Of a stretch of 64,000 nt of DNA, positions 41,218-54,169 are shown piece by piece. A model generated the notes under the pieces. That model did not search any database and was not told the DNA's origin. It worked only from the letters and a program-made list of their open reading frames with translations. Origin of the DNA: Octopus vulgaris (taxonomy: Eukaryota); the NCBI GenBank assembly GCA_951406725.2, contig OX597827.1, positions 83,576,001 to 83,640,000 of the forward strand, given 5' to 3'. Positions within the stretch are counted from its first letter, which is position 1, and every line of letters begins with the position of its first letter. Made by a program: the position numbers and the translations under genes.

Positions 41218-41679
41218 GGTATGTATGTAGGTATCTACAGTATATGCAGACAATCATCATTTTGCTAATTAACCTAAACACAAATGGTGATGTACCTCTC
41301 TCCACCCCCAGTAGGAACTGCTATCTCTAATTGTATGTCACAACCTTAGAATAACCACAATCAATGTAGGCACAATAAAAGATAGATGTGGTAACATTAA
41401 AATGCTAGAATGGAGGTATGTGTTGAGTGCAAGTGGTAAGATGGAGAGGGACCTCAGTCAGACTTCTTATGGGCAAGGAAAAAAACATAAATTCTTCTGG
41501 GTAAGCAGTGATGGTGTGTGGGAAGTGAAATCATACTTATGGCAGAGAAATGATTAGATAAGGATTAAGGTAGTGAGAGTGTGGTATAGGATAATCACAC
41601 TTAGACTAGTCTTGGAAACATAACAATAATATTTATCTCTGCCAAGGTTCTGAATTGGGACAGGTATATAAACAAAATA

Positions 41680-42360
41680 ATCAATTTTATGAGGTTCTTT
41701 TACTGATTACTTTGATAACAAATGACAGTGACCTCATCTTCATGGCTAGTGACTTCAATGGATAAGTTGGGCAACAACCCAATAGCTTCCATGGATTTGG
41801 TGCTGGAAATGAGAGAACAAGGCTCCTCCTGAAGTTCTCTGATGTAAATGACCAGATGGTCTGCAACATGAACTTCCTTAAACCAGCCAGTCATCTGATC
41901 CAATGTTAATCTAGTTGACACATAAGCCAGATTGACTACATTCTCACTAGAGACAGGACAGATAGACAATTATGAATAAAAAGTCCTTCCCAAATGAGGA
42001 ATATACAACCGAATATGGGTTAGTGGCTAATGACTTCAGACTTAAAGATAAAAGGACTCAGAGATGCAAACCATCCAGAACAGGAAGTTATGGAAGCTTT
42101 AGTGAACTTTGAGAAACCTGGAGCCATATTAGTTGAAACATTTGACAAGAACAAGAGGGAGACAGAGATGTATAATGTAGAGTAAGATTATGGGTTCCTT
42201 TAGGACACCTTATTGAGAGCTACAGACCAAATCTGTGGATGGTATAAAGATCCAGCCAGATAAAAGGTGACATGGTGATGAGACAGAAGAAAGAGCCAAA
42301 AAAGCAAAGAGACAGGTTTGGAAGTATAATGGCAGCAGAAAGAGTAGCTAGAGGAGAAGC
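41680..42360 (+). mobile_element. Decayed RTE AP-endonuclease region
   Basis: SDFNG.VG, HGFG.GN, VCN.NF.K and SQIDYIL remnants. Confidence 0.75.
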
Positions 42361-44142
42361 TCCTGCTCCACACATAAACTCCCTGTTTTTTTTATCTACA
42401 ACAGGTCTCTTCCGTTGCTGTTCTCCATCCTGTGTGTTCTGCCACTAAACACCTCTTCTTTCCCGAGCCACTCTTCCGCTTTTCATTCACCTTCCATTAT
42501 TCTTATTTACCATCAACAACAATCGCCTCATTCACCTCTACCACCATTTCTAACCATCTGTCACTCTCCGCTCATGCTCTGATGAACTTACCCACCCACC
42601 CTTCTTGATTCTGTACTCACCTTTTTGTATCTTGAGAGTACGTTCTGACACCTCATCACTACCATCCTTATCTTCTTTCCATTCCAGGAACTTCCACCCT
42701 TATGCAATGCAGGGTAACCATGTATCTTCTTGTAAGACAACTTTGCCTCTCCCTTTATCATACTTTAGCCTCTCCCTGCCTGGCATAAGGTCAACTCCCA
42801 CTTTTCTATAACCCCTTTCAGTTGAAGGGTCTTTTTCTTTGTTTCGCAAGTTACTTGGAAATCTCATTCATGCTGGGCCCACAAAAAAGCAACCAATATC
42901 TGCCGTAAAGTGACTGGTGTTAGGAAGGGCAAACATCGGGGCATGGCAGTCCTCTGTCGGACCTTGTTAAACCACCTCCGAACCCATGCCAGTTTGGAAG
43001 GCGCACGGTAAATAAGGATATATACAGACACACGCACCTATCTATCTATTTTAATATATTGTATATATATATATATATATAGCTAGATAGATGTGTTCGC
43101 GTGTGTGTGAGTGTGTGGTGTGCATGCGTGTATAGACAGATAGATAGATAGACCGATAGACAGATAGATAGATAAGACATACACAGATAAACGGATAGAG
43201 CGCGGGAAGGAGAGAGAGATTATTGAAGTATATTAATTGGCAGCGATCAGTGTATTAAGTGCAGAGAGTGATGGGTTGGGGGCAGAGTGTTGTGGAACAC
43301 TGAAGGGTGAATGACCTGAAAAGAGGCCATCTATGGCTGGTTGTTGATGTTCAACTCTAGCTTGATTACAACTGAGTGAGACGAGGGAGGGGGGAGAAGC
43401 GGTACGGGATAACGTTGGTTTATAGTGGAATCTATACACGCAAACCTATTATATACACTCACTCCAGCTCTCTCTCTCTCTCTCTCTTTCTATCACAGAT
43501 ACGTACTTACATCTATATATGTTGACTGCACAACAAGCAGAGATAAACAACCTGTCGTACAACAACAATTCCTGTTATTGACTTTCCCCCATCCAGGTTA
43601 AACTGTTTACTAAAACACTTCACCTTAACATTTCCAATTAGCTTCACAGAAATTCCATTTTCGTTCTCTGTCCTACTTTATATCGGCTATAAATAGATCG
43701 CGGTTTACTAGTGTCTCGGTGGACAGATAATGGGGGATCATTTACTGATGCAACAACCGTTAGCAATTAGCCATCCACCATCAATATCTCATCCACGTCG
43801 TTATCGTCGACATGGCCGTAGTTACCCGCTTCATCATCGTATTTTCATCATTATCGTCGCTACCAGCATCAGTCATCGGTTAGACACATCTCCTCCGGCA
43901 TCCGCCCCTTGTTACGGTTCCATTCGACCTCTTGCGATTAACTTTCACCATTCTTTCCTAAGTCACCCTCTTGCACAAATTCCTTCCACTTTGTTTAACC
44001 CACCCACCCCACCCATCCTCCATTCACTTTTTTCTCTGACTTTTATCCTCCAGACCCCCCACCCACCCAGTAATCCCCTGACATACGTGCTGCCTCTTAT
44101 ATCCAACCACTTTCTATCCTCATTTGTGCACAGTCCTTCATC

Positions 44143-44500
44143 CCGGGCACGGTCTAATGGTTAAGGTGGTTGTACTTACAATCGCCAGATTGTGGTTTCA
44201 ATTCCCGGAGCTGGGCTGTGTGTTGTGCTCTTGAGCAAAATACTTCATTTCACATTGCTCTGGTTGCTGTCAAAGACCCACCGTTTCCCCTGCATGTCAT
44301 AAAAGGTGACTCAAAGAGACTGAGGCAAGGAGTTGCACTCTGACCTCGTAAAACCCTCACCAGCAATGACTATTCGGACCCATGAGTTGGAGAGTTGTGA
44401 TCACCTGAGTGGTGCAAAGGCATCATCCCTCAACAAACGATGCCCCACCCGCCCTGCTACTACTGCATGGGTTTCTTTCTCTCTCAACCCCTTTCATACC
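44143..44500 (+). mobile_element. tRNA-headed SINE with a third body type
   Basis: ggtctaatggttaagg A box, ggtttcaattcc B box, cttgagcaaaatact. Confidence 0.65.
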
Positions 44501-46569
44501 CTCTACATCTCATACCCGTGCTTATTGTACAATTATTATTTACTCAGAAGGAAAGCCCTCATTGTCAACAGATGTGAAATAGGGGCTCCTTCAACATTTG
44601 TCAACCCCTTCTAACTCTGGTTACCCTACACTCACAGCAGCCAGCTCCTCTGTGGTGAGCACTTGCTGAATGTTGGAAATAAACTACAAGAATCTCAAAG
44701 TGACTGCTTGAACTGACCGGACAAGTCACTTTTATGTGGTCATTGAACCTGCTAGAAATAGCAGTTAATGTTCCATGAATCTCCACTCAGTAAGTGATAG
44801 TATAAGCTGGAACCATACATGGTGGCCACTTTATAAACATGTCTGTTGTAGTGAAAGGTATGTTTAAGGAAGAGGGCAGTAATTTTAAGAACTACACAGG
44901 GCACCCAAGACCCATGCTACATCACTGTTTTACATTGAACAGACCTCACTCCTTAATGTAAGTCTTCTGTTGATATACATTGCCAGACACAGACACACAT
45001 GTGGAATATGTCGAGGAATAATTAGCAGCAGAAGAAATAAGCATTAAAATAGAATGCTTCAAAAACTCCAAAAGTTCTGCAGAAGAAGATGATAACATTG
45101 ATTAGCAAATTAACAGCAGAGGAGGTTGTTCTGAAAGGATGGTCACCAGAGTAAGAAAAGATGATGAAATACTGAGACAGATATTACGTCCGTTGATAAC
45201 AAAGGATTTCTCTTCAGAAAAAAAGGTAGATTGTACGATGTTTATGTAGAAAGTGCAATGCTGCATGGTAATGGGATGTGAGTATTAAACGGGAGTGATG
45301 GGTAGAGGGTGGGAAAGAAATGAGGTGAGCCGGCTGCAATCGGTGTATGATGTTAGCTGATATGAGGTGAGAGGAAAAGTGGATATGTGAAGAGTGAGAT
45401 GCAGTGTGCTAAAGTGATGGAAAGAGCATGAGATGAGTGTGGTGGACATCAGTGACATAAAGAAATGTCATTGTAAGTGGATGGAACATGTGTAAGAAGG
45501 AGACGGGAAGATGGAGGTGGAAGCTGATCTCAAAATGCTAAACCTTATAAAGTAAAGGATCACAAATGGCAAAACCGGGCACTGGAGAAGACTAGTGTAA
45601 CTCAAGTAAGCAGGAGTGAAATGGTTGTAAAAATGATGATGATGATGATGATGATGGAAATGAGAATTTTAATGTCTACATTTGACTCTCTTTTTCTGTT
45701 TATTCCTGATACTCTAGCTATCTCTCCTAACACATCACCTGTGTAAAGACATTGCTCCCTCTCCCTTAGGTTGTCACTATTCAATAACCTCACCAACAAC
45801 CATCATGTAGCTGTTTACCATTCTCTCCCTCCTTCCGTCTTTCTTTTGTCACTTCCTAACCATACCAACATGGCATCCTTCAATCAGCCCCTCACCCCTC
45901 ATCCAGTAATGTAGAAAGGAACAAATCCATCAAGACAACACAGGAAAACGGAGTCTCTTTAGTTTTGTTGGGTACAAGATAACATCCCTGATGCTGGTGA
46001 CCAAAGACAATGGACAGAAGGACTGTTTAGGCTTGTAAGGATCAACACAATCCTATTTGTGTTGGTACCACAATAAATTATATGCAACTCCTACTCTGTA
46101 AAGGGTTGGTGTTAGGAAGGGCAGCCAGCTATAGACACCATGCCAAAAAAATGGAAGGTATTAGCAAGCCATGGCCTGTGACCCCTCTGAGAGGGCAGGA
46201 ACTCTGAATAAGATCTGACTTGGACTATGATAACTAAACTAACACAAGCCAGTATGGACAAAGAAGATGTAAAATAAACTGGATTATCCAAATCCTTCAA
46301 TATCTCTCATCTATAAACTATGTTTAAAAGGGACATATATAATCATCTGATAGCATCACATTGTCTGGTAGTGACAAGATATCATCTGATGTTGAGTGAG
46401 TAATATCAACTGGTATTGTATGGATAATATCAACATAGGGCAGTGGAAGACCGAGACATCATCAATGAACACCCCAAAGACCACACAATTCTAGGGATAG
46501 AAAGGAAGGAAGGAAGGAATTGTGTTGATCTCGTCTTGTAACGTGTTGGTGATATCCTGTTCATATCAT

Positions 46570-46960
46570 TGTGAAGACCTGTTGAAATTGTAGTCGTGGC
46601 CAATGCCAGTGCCCCCTGACTGGCAGTTCTGCTGGTGGCATGTAAAAAACACCATTTGAGTGAGGCCAATGCCAGTGTCGCATGACTGGTACCCATGCTG
46701 GTGGCATGTTAAAAGCACCATTCATGCATGACTGATGCCAGTGCTGCCTGACTGGCTCCCATGCCAGTGGCACGTAAAAGCACCTACACTCTAGGAGTTG
46801 TTGGCGTTAGGAGGGGCATCCAGCTGTAGAAACCTTGCCAAATCAGATTGGAGCATGGTGCAGCCTCCCGACTTGCCAGTTCTCAGTCAAACTGCTCGAC
46901 CCATGCCAACATGGAAAGCGGATGTTAAATGATGATGATAATCATCACCATCATCATCAT
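46570..46960 (+). mobile_element. RTE 3' UTR copy
   Basis: ggcgttaggaggggcatccagctgtagaaac and (GAT)n end. Confidence 0.8.
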
Positions 46961-47560
46961 AATATCAGTGTTCCATTCTTAAAATAATATTTTTAATAGA
47001 TATAACCAGTGAATAGTGGCAACCACTGTTGGTAAGGAGTGGGGTGATGTGTTTAGGATGACAGCCCTAACATCTATGCAGAGATGTTAACCTCCAACTA
47101 CACTGCTGCCCTAAATATCCCCACCACTAAATAATACTATGCTTTCTTAGACGATTGGGAAATATTTGAGGAATATTTGGTTGGTATTTCTTGTGTGGTT
47201 TTCTGCAGTAACAGAGACTCTGTGTGTGTGTGTGTGTGTGCAGCCACAATGCTACCACCGTGATCATTATCATTTAACATACTTCTTCTGTGTTGGCATG
47301 CTTCTATTGTCTTCTGTAGTCCTATAGAATCATTTTAAGACAGGATGGTCATAGTTGGAATGCCTGAGACTTTGTGACTATAGCATTACTATGTCACAAG
47401 GAAACAAGAGAGCCTCTACATGGTCTCTTGACATGTTAAAAATAGCAACCAAATGGTTCTTCAATTACACTTTACCTTTTAAAAAATAGCAGGATACTTT
47501 GAATGACAGTGTGGTCATGGCCAGATTGTCTTTCTGCTTGGCTTAAATTGTCAATTGAAA

Positions 47561-47778
47561 CCCTTTCGTTACTGTATTTATTTTAAGATGCTGTGTTTCT
47601 TTCAATTATTTTAAATATAACAAAGAATTTAGTAAAATAACTTAGTTATCATTAAGCTAATGTTAGGAACATAAATTGTGACTAAGGTTTGGTGCAAGAT
47701 TTTAATTCAAAATTTATGAAAACAAGATATTTGTACTCAGAGCCAGGGCCGGTTTCAGCCGGGTTGGTATCAAAAGGG
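47561..47778 (-). mobile_element. TTAA-type MITE, second copy
   Basis: Reverse complement of 28661-28866; right flank TTAA, left flank GAAA. Confidence 0.85.
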
Positions 47779-48499
47779 TTAATAATTATTTTATCCATGA
47801 TTTAAAATAGTTACTGAATATGTGACATTGTTTCTCTCCCTTTGTGACATCTGTGAGCAGTCAGTCATTCTGAGGAGAGAGACAAGGCTATGTCCTAATT
47901 CTATTCTTATTTCAGTGATTAAGCAATACTTTAATATCCAACAGAAGGAATATTGTGTTATCTGTGTCTGAATCTGGATTACTTGCCCACCATGACACAC
48001 CTCCTGACCTACTTCCATTTGAGGTTTAGCTAATCTCACCAGTATTTCCAGCCACTTAGGCTACAGCTCCCCCCCCCCCCCCCACCTCACTGCTTCCTCC
48101 TCCTCCTCCTCCTCTCTCCCTTCATGTGTCAGTCTAGAGAAAGATTATCATGAACAAATTCAATTCTATACAAACATCAACTCATATGCACACACACACA
48201 CACACACAAATACCAATTTATCTTTGAACTGTAAGCTGAGATACCTAAAATGAACTAAGAAGTGTAAACACCACTTGAATAATCTGTTGTATATACATAT
48301 GAGATATATAGGCCAGTGTATATACTCAGTGACTTGACTGAACCAATGTCTACATTCAGTAACGTATATAACACACATACACCAGTATGTGTGCGAGTGT
48401 GTAATCTCACCCACCCACACCATTCTCACATACACACACATGCTTGAGCACCCAAGTTCGGGTGGGTCACCGTTATTATCTCCCTTCCACTCAGCCTTT

Positions 48500-48867
48500 C
48501 TTCCAGTCATTTCATCATGTTCAACCATTAATCTCTCTCCATTTTTTTTCTCTCCTCTCAACCCTTTCTGCTGAAGAGCACAGGCTTCAAACATCAAAGA
48601 CTTTTTCATTCTTCCTGCGCATCAAACTGATACACCTGCTTATTGTTCTCTCACCTGTCTTTGACTGCGTGTGTATCGTTGGCGATTTTTTTCCCTCCGT
48701 CTTCTCTTCTTTGGATCTTTCCTTTTCCTATGTTTCTGATGAAGAGCTCTGCTCGAAACATTAAATCCTCCTTCTTTCTTTCCTTTCCTGAGCGTCCAAT
48801 AACTCTATACTTGTTCCACGTCCTCGCGTTGTTGTGTTTTCTCTTTGTGTTTTTATGTTTGGATTAA

Positions 48868-48870
<3 letters not shown>
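48500..48870 (+). mobile_element. Penelope/retrozyme-like repeat with two tandem hammerhead motifs
   Basis: 48564-48599 is degenerate; 48733-48765 reads TTT-CTGATGA-A-GAGC-tct-GCTC-GAAAC-ATT-AAA. Confidence 0.7.
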
Positions 48871-48911
<41 letters not shown>

Positions 48912-48912
<1 letters not shown>

Positions 48913-49470
48913 GAAGGTGAGTGAAAAAGTAATGCCATTTTGGTTAGGACAGGTATAATTACCAACACAGGAACATGTATCATACATCAAAATGAAGCTG
49001 GTCCTCTGTGGATCACATCCCTACTTCTCAACATAGTCCCCATTTCTCTCAATAGCAATGTTCCACCTTCAAATGAGAGCATGTATCCCTGCCCCATAAA
49101 ATTCTGTTGACTGTTCTTTGAGCCACTTCTTCACTACAGTTTTCACTTCCTTGTCATTGGAATAATGTTTTGCCTCTTTCATGGGGCCAAAGAGACGATG
49201 GTCTGAAGGCGCTAAATTATTCCAGTGATGAGGAAGTGAAAACTGTAGTGAAGAAGTGGCTCAAAGAACAGTCAACAGAATTTTATGGGACAGGGATACA
49301 TGCTCTCATTCGAAGGTGGAACATTGCTATTGAGAGAAATGGTGACTATGTTGAGAAGTAGGGATGTGATCCACAGAGGACCAGCTTCATTTTGATGTAT
49401 GATACATGTTCCTGTGTTGGTAATTATACCTGTCCTAACCAAAATGGCATTACTTTTTCACTCACCCTCG
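48912..49470. mobile_element. Mariner-derived foldback element (two inverted transposase 3' ends)
   Basis: 255-bp arms at 48912-49166 and 49216-49470; encodes SSDEEVKTVVKKWLKEQSTEFYGTGIHALIRRW..NGDYVEK*; the loop reads LAPSDHRLFGPMKE on the minus strand. Confidence 0.93.
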
Positions 49471-49949
49471 TGTGTGTGTGTGTGTGTGTGTATGGATGAG
49501 GACAGCTGTAGAAGGAAGTGATGGTCACTTCAAGTGGATGAGACTTGTGGAAGAGGTTATCTCACATATTCCTGATATGGGACAAAGTAGTGAAGGGTGA
49601 TCTGAAGATGCTTAGCTTTATGGAGAGGACAAAGGACCAAGTCAATTGGCAATTCACTGTGTTCAAGAAAACCTATCCATAACAGTAACCCTGCCCCCAT
49701 AAAAACCCACAGATCTCTAAAAGCATATTGCTTATGATCGTTAGCCATTCTTCCCTATAAAGACTTGTCAGTCTGCCCCATGGTCTTAGTGGACAAAATA
49801 GAAAAGGCCAGAGGATGGTGCTCATCACTCCATCACATACAGATGACTCTGAAAGGGGATGTCTTTATTCTTGGTTGGCTGATCCTCCTCCTCCTCCCGG
49901 CCATTGACTCCCCTCCCCTCTGCTTTACCAGCTCAAAATCCTGGCAAGC

Positions 49950-50640
49950 AGACTGACCCTCATAAACACCCGTCTGCCATTCTTCTCCTTAAGCAACTGC
50001 TTCACCATGCTGCAGCTTCTGTACCCCTTTGTTACAGTTACACATCTCTCCTCATAGATCTTGATGCCTGTACCCAACAGGCTGCTGAGGAGTTATGCAA
50101 CATCCAGTTTAGCGACACTGGATGGCAACAAGCAACTTTATCCATCAGCTATGGTGGCCTTGGCCTCTAGTCTCGCTGGCCCTGCTGGGATTTCTCTTGT
50201 TGATGACCACTTGCTTGTCCTCTTCAACAGAGTTCTCCACAACACAACTGAACCTACACGACATGGGGTCCATTTGGCCTTGGCCCTTCTCTCCCCTTTA
50301 TGGATGTCCAGTCTCCACCAAAACAAACAGGACACCATCTAGTGTAGCATGATCTCAGACAGGTTGGTCCACCATCATGACCAGCACCGTCTGGCATGTT
50401 TCCGCTCAGCTGCACACCAATGCCTCGTTCAATGCCATCACTGTTGACACTCAGCTGGACACCAACAGTTTGCACATCGGTGTTTCCCTGACGCTTGGCC
50501 TCTGCATCTATAAACCTCACAAATATTGTTGTGGATTCTTTTGGCCTCCATCCATTGTCATACCATTATGGTGCTGGCTGCCTTCCATGCCATGCTGCTC
50601 TCAGTGAGACCATAAAGAATGGCCTAGATGCCACAAGCTG
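49950..50640 (+). mobile_element. Relic of a CRE-like (RLE-type) non-LTR retrotransposon
   Basis: WQQATLSISYGGLGL; LHIGVSLTLGLCIYKPHKYCCG; VDSFGLHPLS...HAALSETIKNGL. Confidence 0.65.
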
Positions 50641-51913
50641 TCAAAGTATTGGCCATTCTCAGACAGATTTGTTGTCAGGCCTGGGGCTGTGGAGACCCCC
50701 AATGTTTCTGGCCCCAGACTACATTACTACTCACTGCTTTCAGGGCAGAGATGGTTATCTGCAAATGCAAGCCCCATGAGTTGGAGTGGTTGTTCTAGCG
50801 TGTCTCCCTTGCCATCCTCTGGGGCAATAACTTTTCCATTTTGTCTACTGGGCCCATGAGGCAGACTGCTAAGTCTTTTTAGCAATAGCTGTTCTACCCC
50901 CTTCACACCACACAGATCCTCTTCAATGTTTAATTCAATTCAACTGTATTTGGTGGTCAAAATTAAATGTTGTAAAATAAAAATTCCCCAAGATCACACT
51001 CATTCTTTCACACTCAACTCACCCCATCAAGCCTTCTCCACGGCTCATTCCCCTAATATGCATTCCTCCATCACTCCTTTATCTATGGCACTTCTTAACG
51101 ACTGTAACTTCTTCAGAGCAAGTATATATCTCCCCCACCATCTTTTCTTTGTGCTACAAGTTACCCAGACTCATGGAATCACTTCCATCCCTCATTCTTA
51201 TTATCTTTCTATGCCTTCAGTTACATCTCCTCTGCCATACCTCAGCTCAATACCCCTCATCAAATCCTACAGTTTAGCCACCCTTATGTACCTCTCTTTT
51301 CCCTCCCCACCACTCTGTTTTTCAGTTTATTTTTCTTCTTCAGCCACTTCTCTCTCTCTCTCACCTTCTTTCCATCATGATCTCCACCCCCCCCCGCATC
51401 AACCACACCTCCACCCTTCACCTCTACTCTTATCTCTCCCTAAAACTACCCCCTCTACTCCCATCCAATCCACTGTCCATAGCCTTGCTTATGCACACCT
51501 TCTTGTATGTTGACCATTTGATCTGGCACCCTAACTCTACCATCTTTATCCCCTTCCCCATTACTCCCACCCACCCTTATATAATGTGGGGTAGCCATGT
51601 ATATCTTCTTTGCTCCTTTGTTATTCTTTAACCGTACCACTCCCAGCACAAAAACAGCTTCCTCTCTCAAATACTACCCCCTTCCACTCAGTAGTGTGAG
51701 CTTTTTTTTCTTCTCCTCCCCCTCCCTGTTCTCTTTTTCTGTCTTGCAAGCTACATGGCAACCCCACTAGTGCCGGCAGTACATATAAAGCACCCAGCAC
51801 ACATGTAAAGTGGTTGGCCTTAGGAAGGTCATCCAGCCATAGAAACCATCTGAGCATGAGAAATGGATATGAAATGATGATGATGATCACACACACACAC
51901 ACACACACACACA

Positions 51914-52117
51914 CAAAGGGGTGCTGGAAAGTTCCTGGCGTTGAGTAAAAGAAAATAAAGATGGTTCAGTGAATTCAACATATTCCCTTTTTGAATTCAC
52001 ACACATGGCAACAGTCCTTCAGTTCTTCTAAGGTCTGTAAAAGAACTCAGGGGGTTGGATCTCCAACAAGGCCTTTCACAGTAGCCTTAAAGTGAGGATC
52101 CTTTCATCACCCCCTCG
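51914..52117. mobile_element. Mariner-type MITE
   Basis: Imperfect TIRs aaaggggtgctggaaagttcct / aggatcctttcatcaccccctcg in CA/TG flanks. Confidence 0.7.
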
Positions 52118-52327
52118 TGTGTGTGTGTGTATATATATATACATACAAGTTTAGCAAAATTTAGATTCAGATGAATATGGTACTTAAGTTAAAGGCACCA
52201 GAATTTGGTATGGTCTTATCCATATAAATCAAATGGGGTGATTATAATCAAAATAAGCGTAGCATGAAACGATTGTACTACACTACCTTGGATATCCTTG
52301 TTGCTTATTTTGATCATATATATATAT

Positions 52328-52373
<46 letters not shown>

Positions 52374-54169
52374 TGTGTGTGTGTGTGCGTTCATGTTTCC
52401 TTGTCTTGTGATTGTGAAGCAGTTGTAAATGAACGCCACCGTCATAAAGTGATGTCATTTATTTGCAATCTTCCATGAAATCATATCCAGCAATTGTGCT
52501 GTTCCTGTTTGATGACTTCAGGAATTTATTAGTTTACATGGAAACAAGGTAAGGACTCAACACACAAAACCCCTCAGCTCTTGAGTCACTGTGTTGCTTC
52601 GGCTGAATATTAGTAAAAATATACCCAAACTCATATTTTGAGTTCCATTTCTCCTTGTTTGCACCAACATACACCTATGTGTGTGTGTGTGTGTAGTTAT
52701 ATAGTAACTCCCTACTTCTGTCCACAGTAATACCCGTAGGATTATTATGTTGAAGACTGAGCTGACAAAGTGTCACAGGGTAAAATGTGTTTTGCTGCAA
52801 TAATGCCTAAGAGCTTAGTGGATTAAATTTGAGAGGAGGGGCAGTGAGCAGTGGCTGATGAGATGAATGTCGTTGATGCATTGCACTTGGACGGTTAATA
52901 ACGAACAAGAAGAATAAGTAGGGGGGAGGAAATTTCAGTGGGAAGGCAAAGTGTGGAAGAAGGATCTGCTGTGAAAATTACAATATGGATGATGAGAGCT
53001 GAGTGAGGGGTAGGGTGGCTGTGAGGTCATTGTAGTAGAAAAGGCGAAGTGGACATAACATACATGTGTGTATGTGTGTGTGTGTGTGATAATATCAATT
53101 ATTTCGCTGCAGATCTCAATATCCCAGCTGACTAATATCAACCAATACCCCCCCACTCCCTCTACAGTGATATCAATATTGTGTGTCATGTGATAAAGTG
53201 TCAGATGATAATATTGAAGGACATGTTTATGCGATAACAATAGCAATGGTTGGTAGGTGTGGAGGGCAGCTGTTGGGTCGGAGGGGTGAGTTAAGGAAAG
53301 GTGTGACCACCGCCACCGCTGTCGCCATCACGACGTCGACCACCACCACAGTCACAGCCATTAAAAAACATCAAACAATTTGCCTTCACTCCCACTCAAA
53401 CACCGTCTTCACCGCCATTGCCATCATCAGAGGGGGAAAAGAAATAGGTTGTGTGTGTGTGTGCGTGTGTGTGTGTGCGTGTGTGTGTGTGGATGTGTGT
53501 GTGGATGTGTGTGTATGATGGAAGCTGGTTGTTAAAGGGAGGGGGGACATTTGAATGAAATATTGCTGGGTCATGTGATGGCTGTTATAATGGGGGGGGG
53601 GCGGAGGACACTATTAGTAATAGTAGTAGTGGTAGGAGGTTGTAGAATGGTGTTGGCGGTGGAGTCGGCCATTGTTCAGCAAAGGGGGGAGAGGTTGGTG
53701 GGAAGTTTCGATAACTTTGATTGAAGCAGACGACAGTGGAGGGAGGAACCAGGGAAGAGGAGAAAGAGAGTGGCAGGAAGAGAAAGAACATAAAATGAGA
53801 GAGAGAAGGGATTAAAAGTCGGTGAAAGAATGAGAGGAAAAAGAACGTGTGCAAGTAGGAGGAGGAGATGATGTACTGAGGCGGTTTCCATGGGAACAGT
53901 GAGAGAGAAAGAGAGAAGAGAGAGAAACATTGAGAGCGGCAGAAACAGAAAGGGAGGACAGTGAGAAGGAAAGAGAGAAAGGAAGAGAAGTGGTGGGGAG
54001 GGAAGGTAACAATAAAGCAAAGATAGGAGAGGGGGAATGTGAATGTAATATGGAGCAGTAGGGAGAGGCAGGCAGATCAAGAGAGGTGGGATGGATTGAA
54101 AGAAAAAAGAGAGAGAGGGAGTGTTAGAGAAAGACAGATACATAAGGAGCAGTGAGAGAGAGGGAGGGG

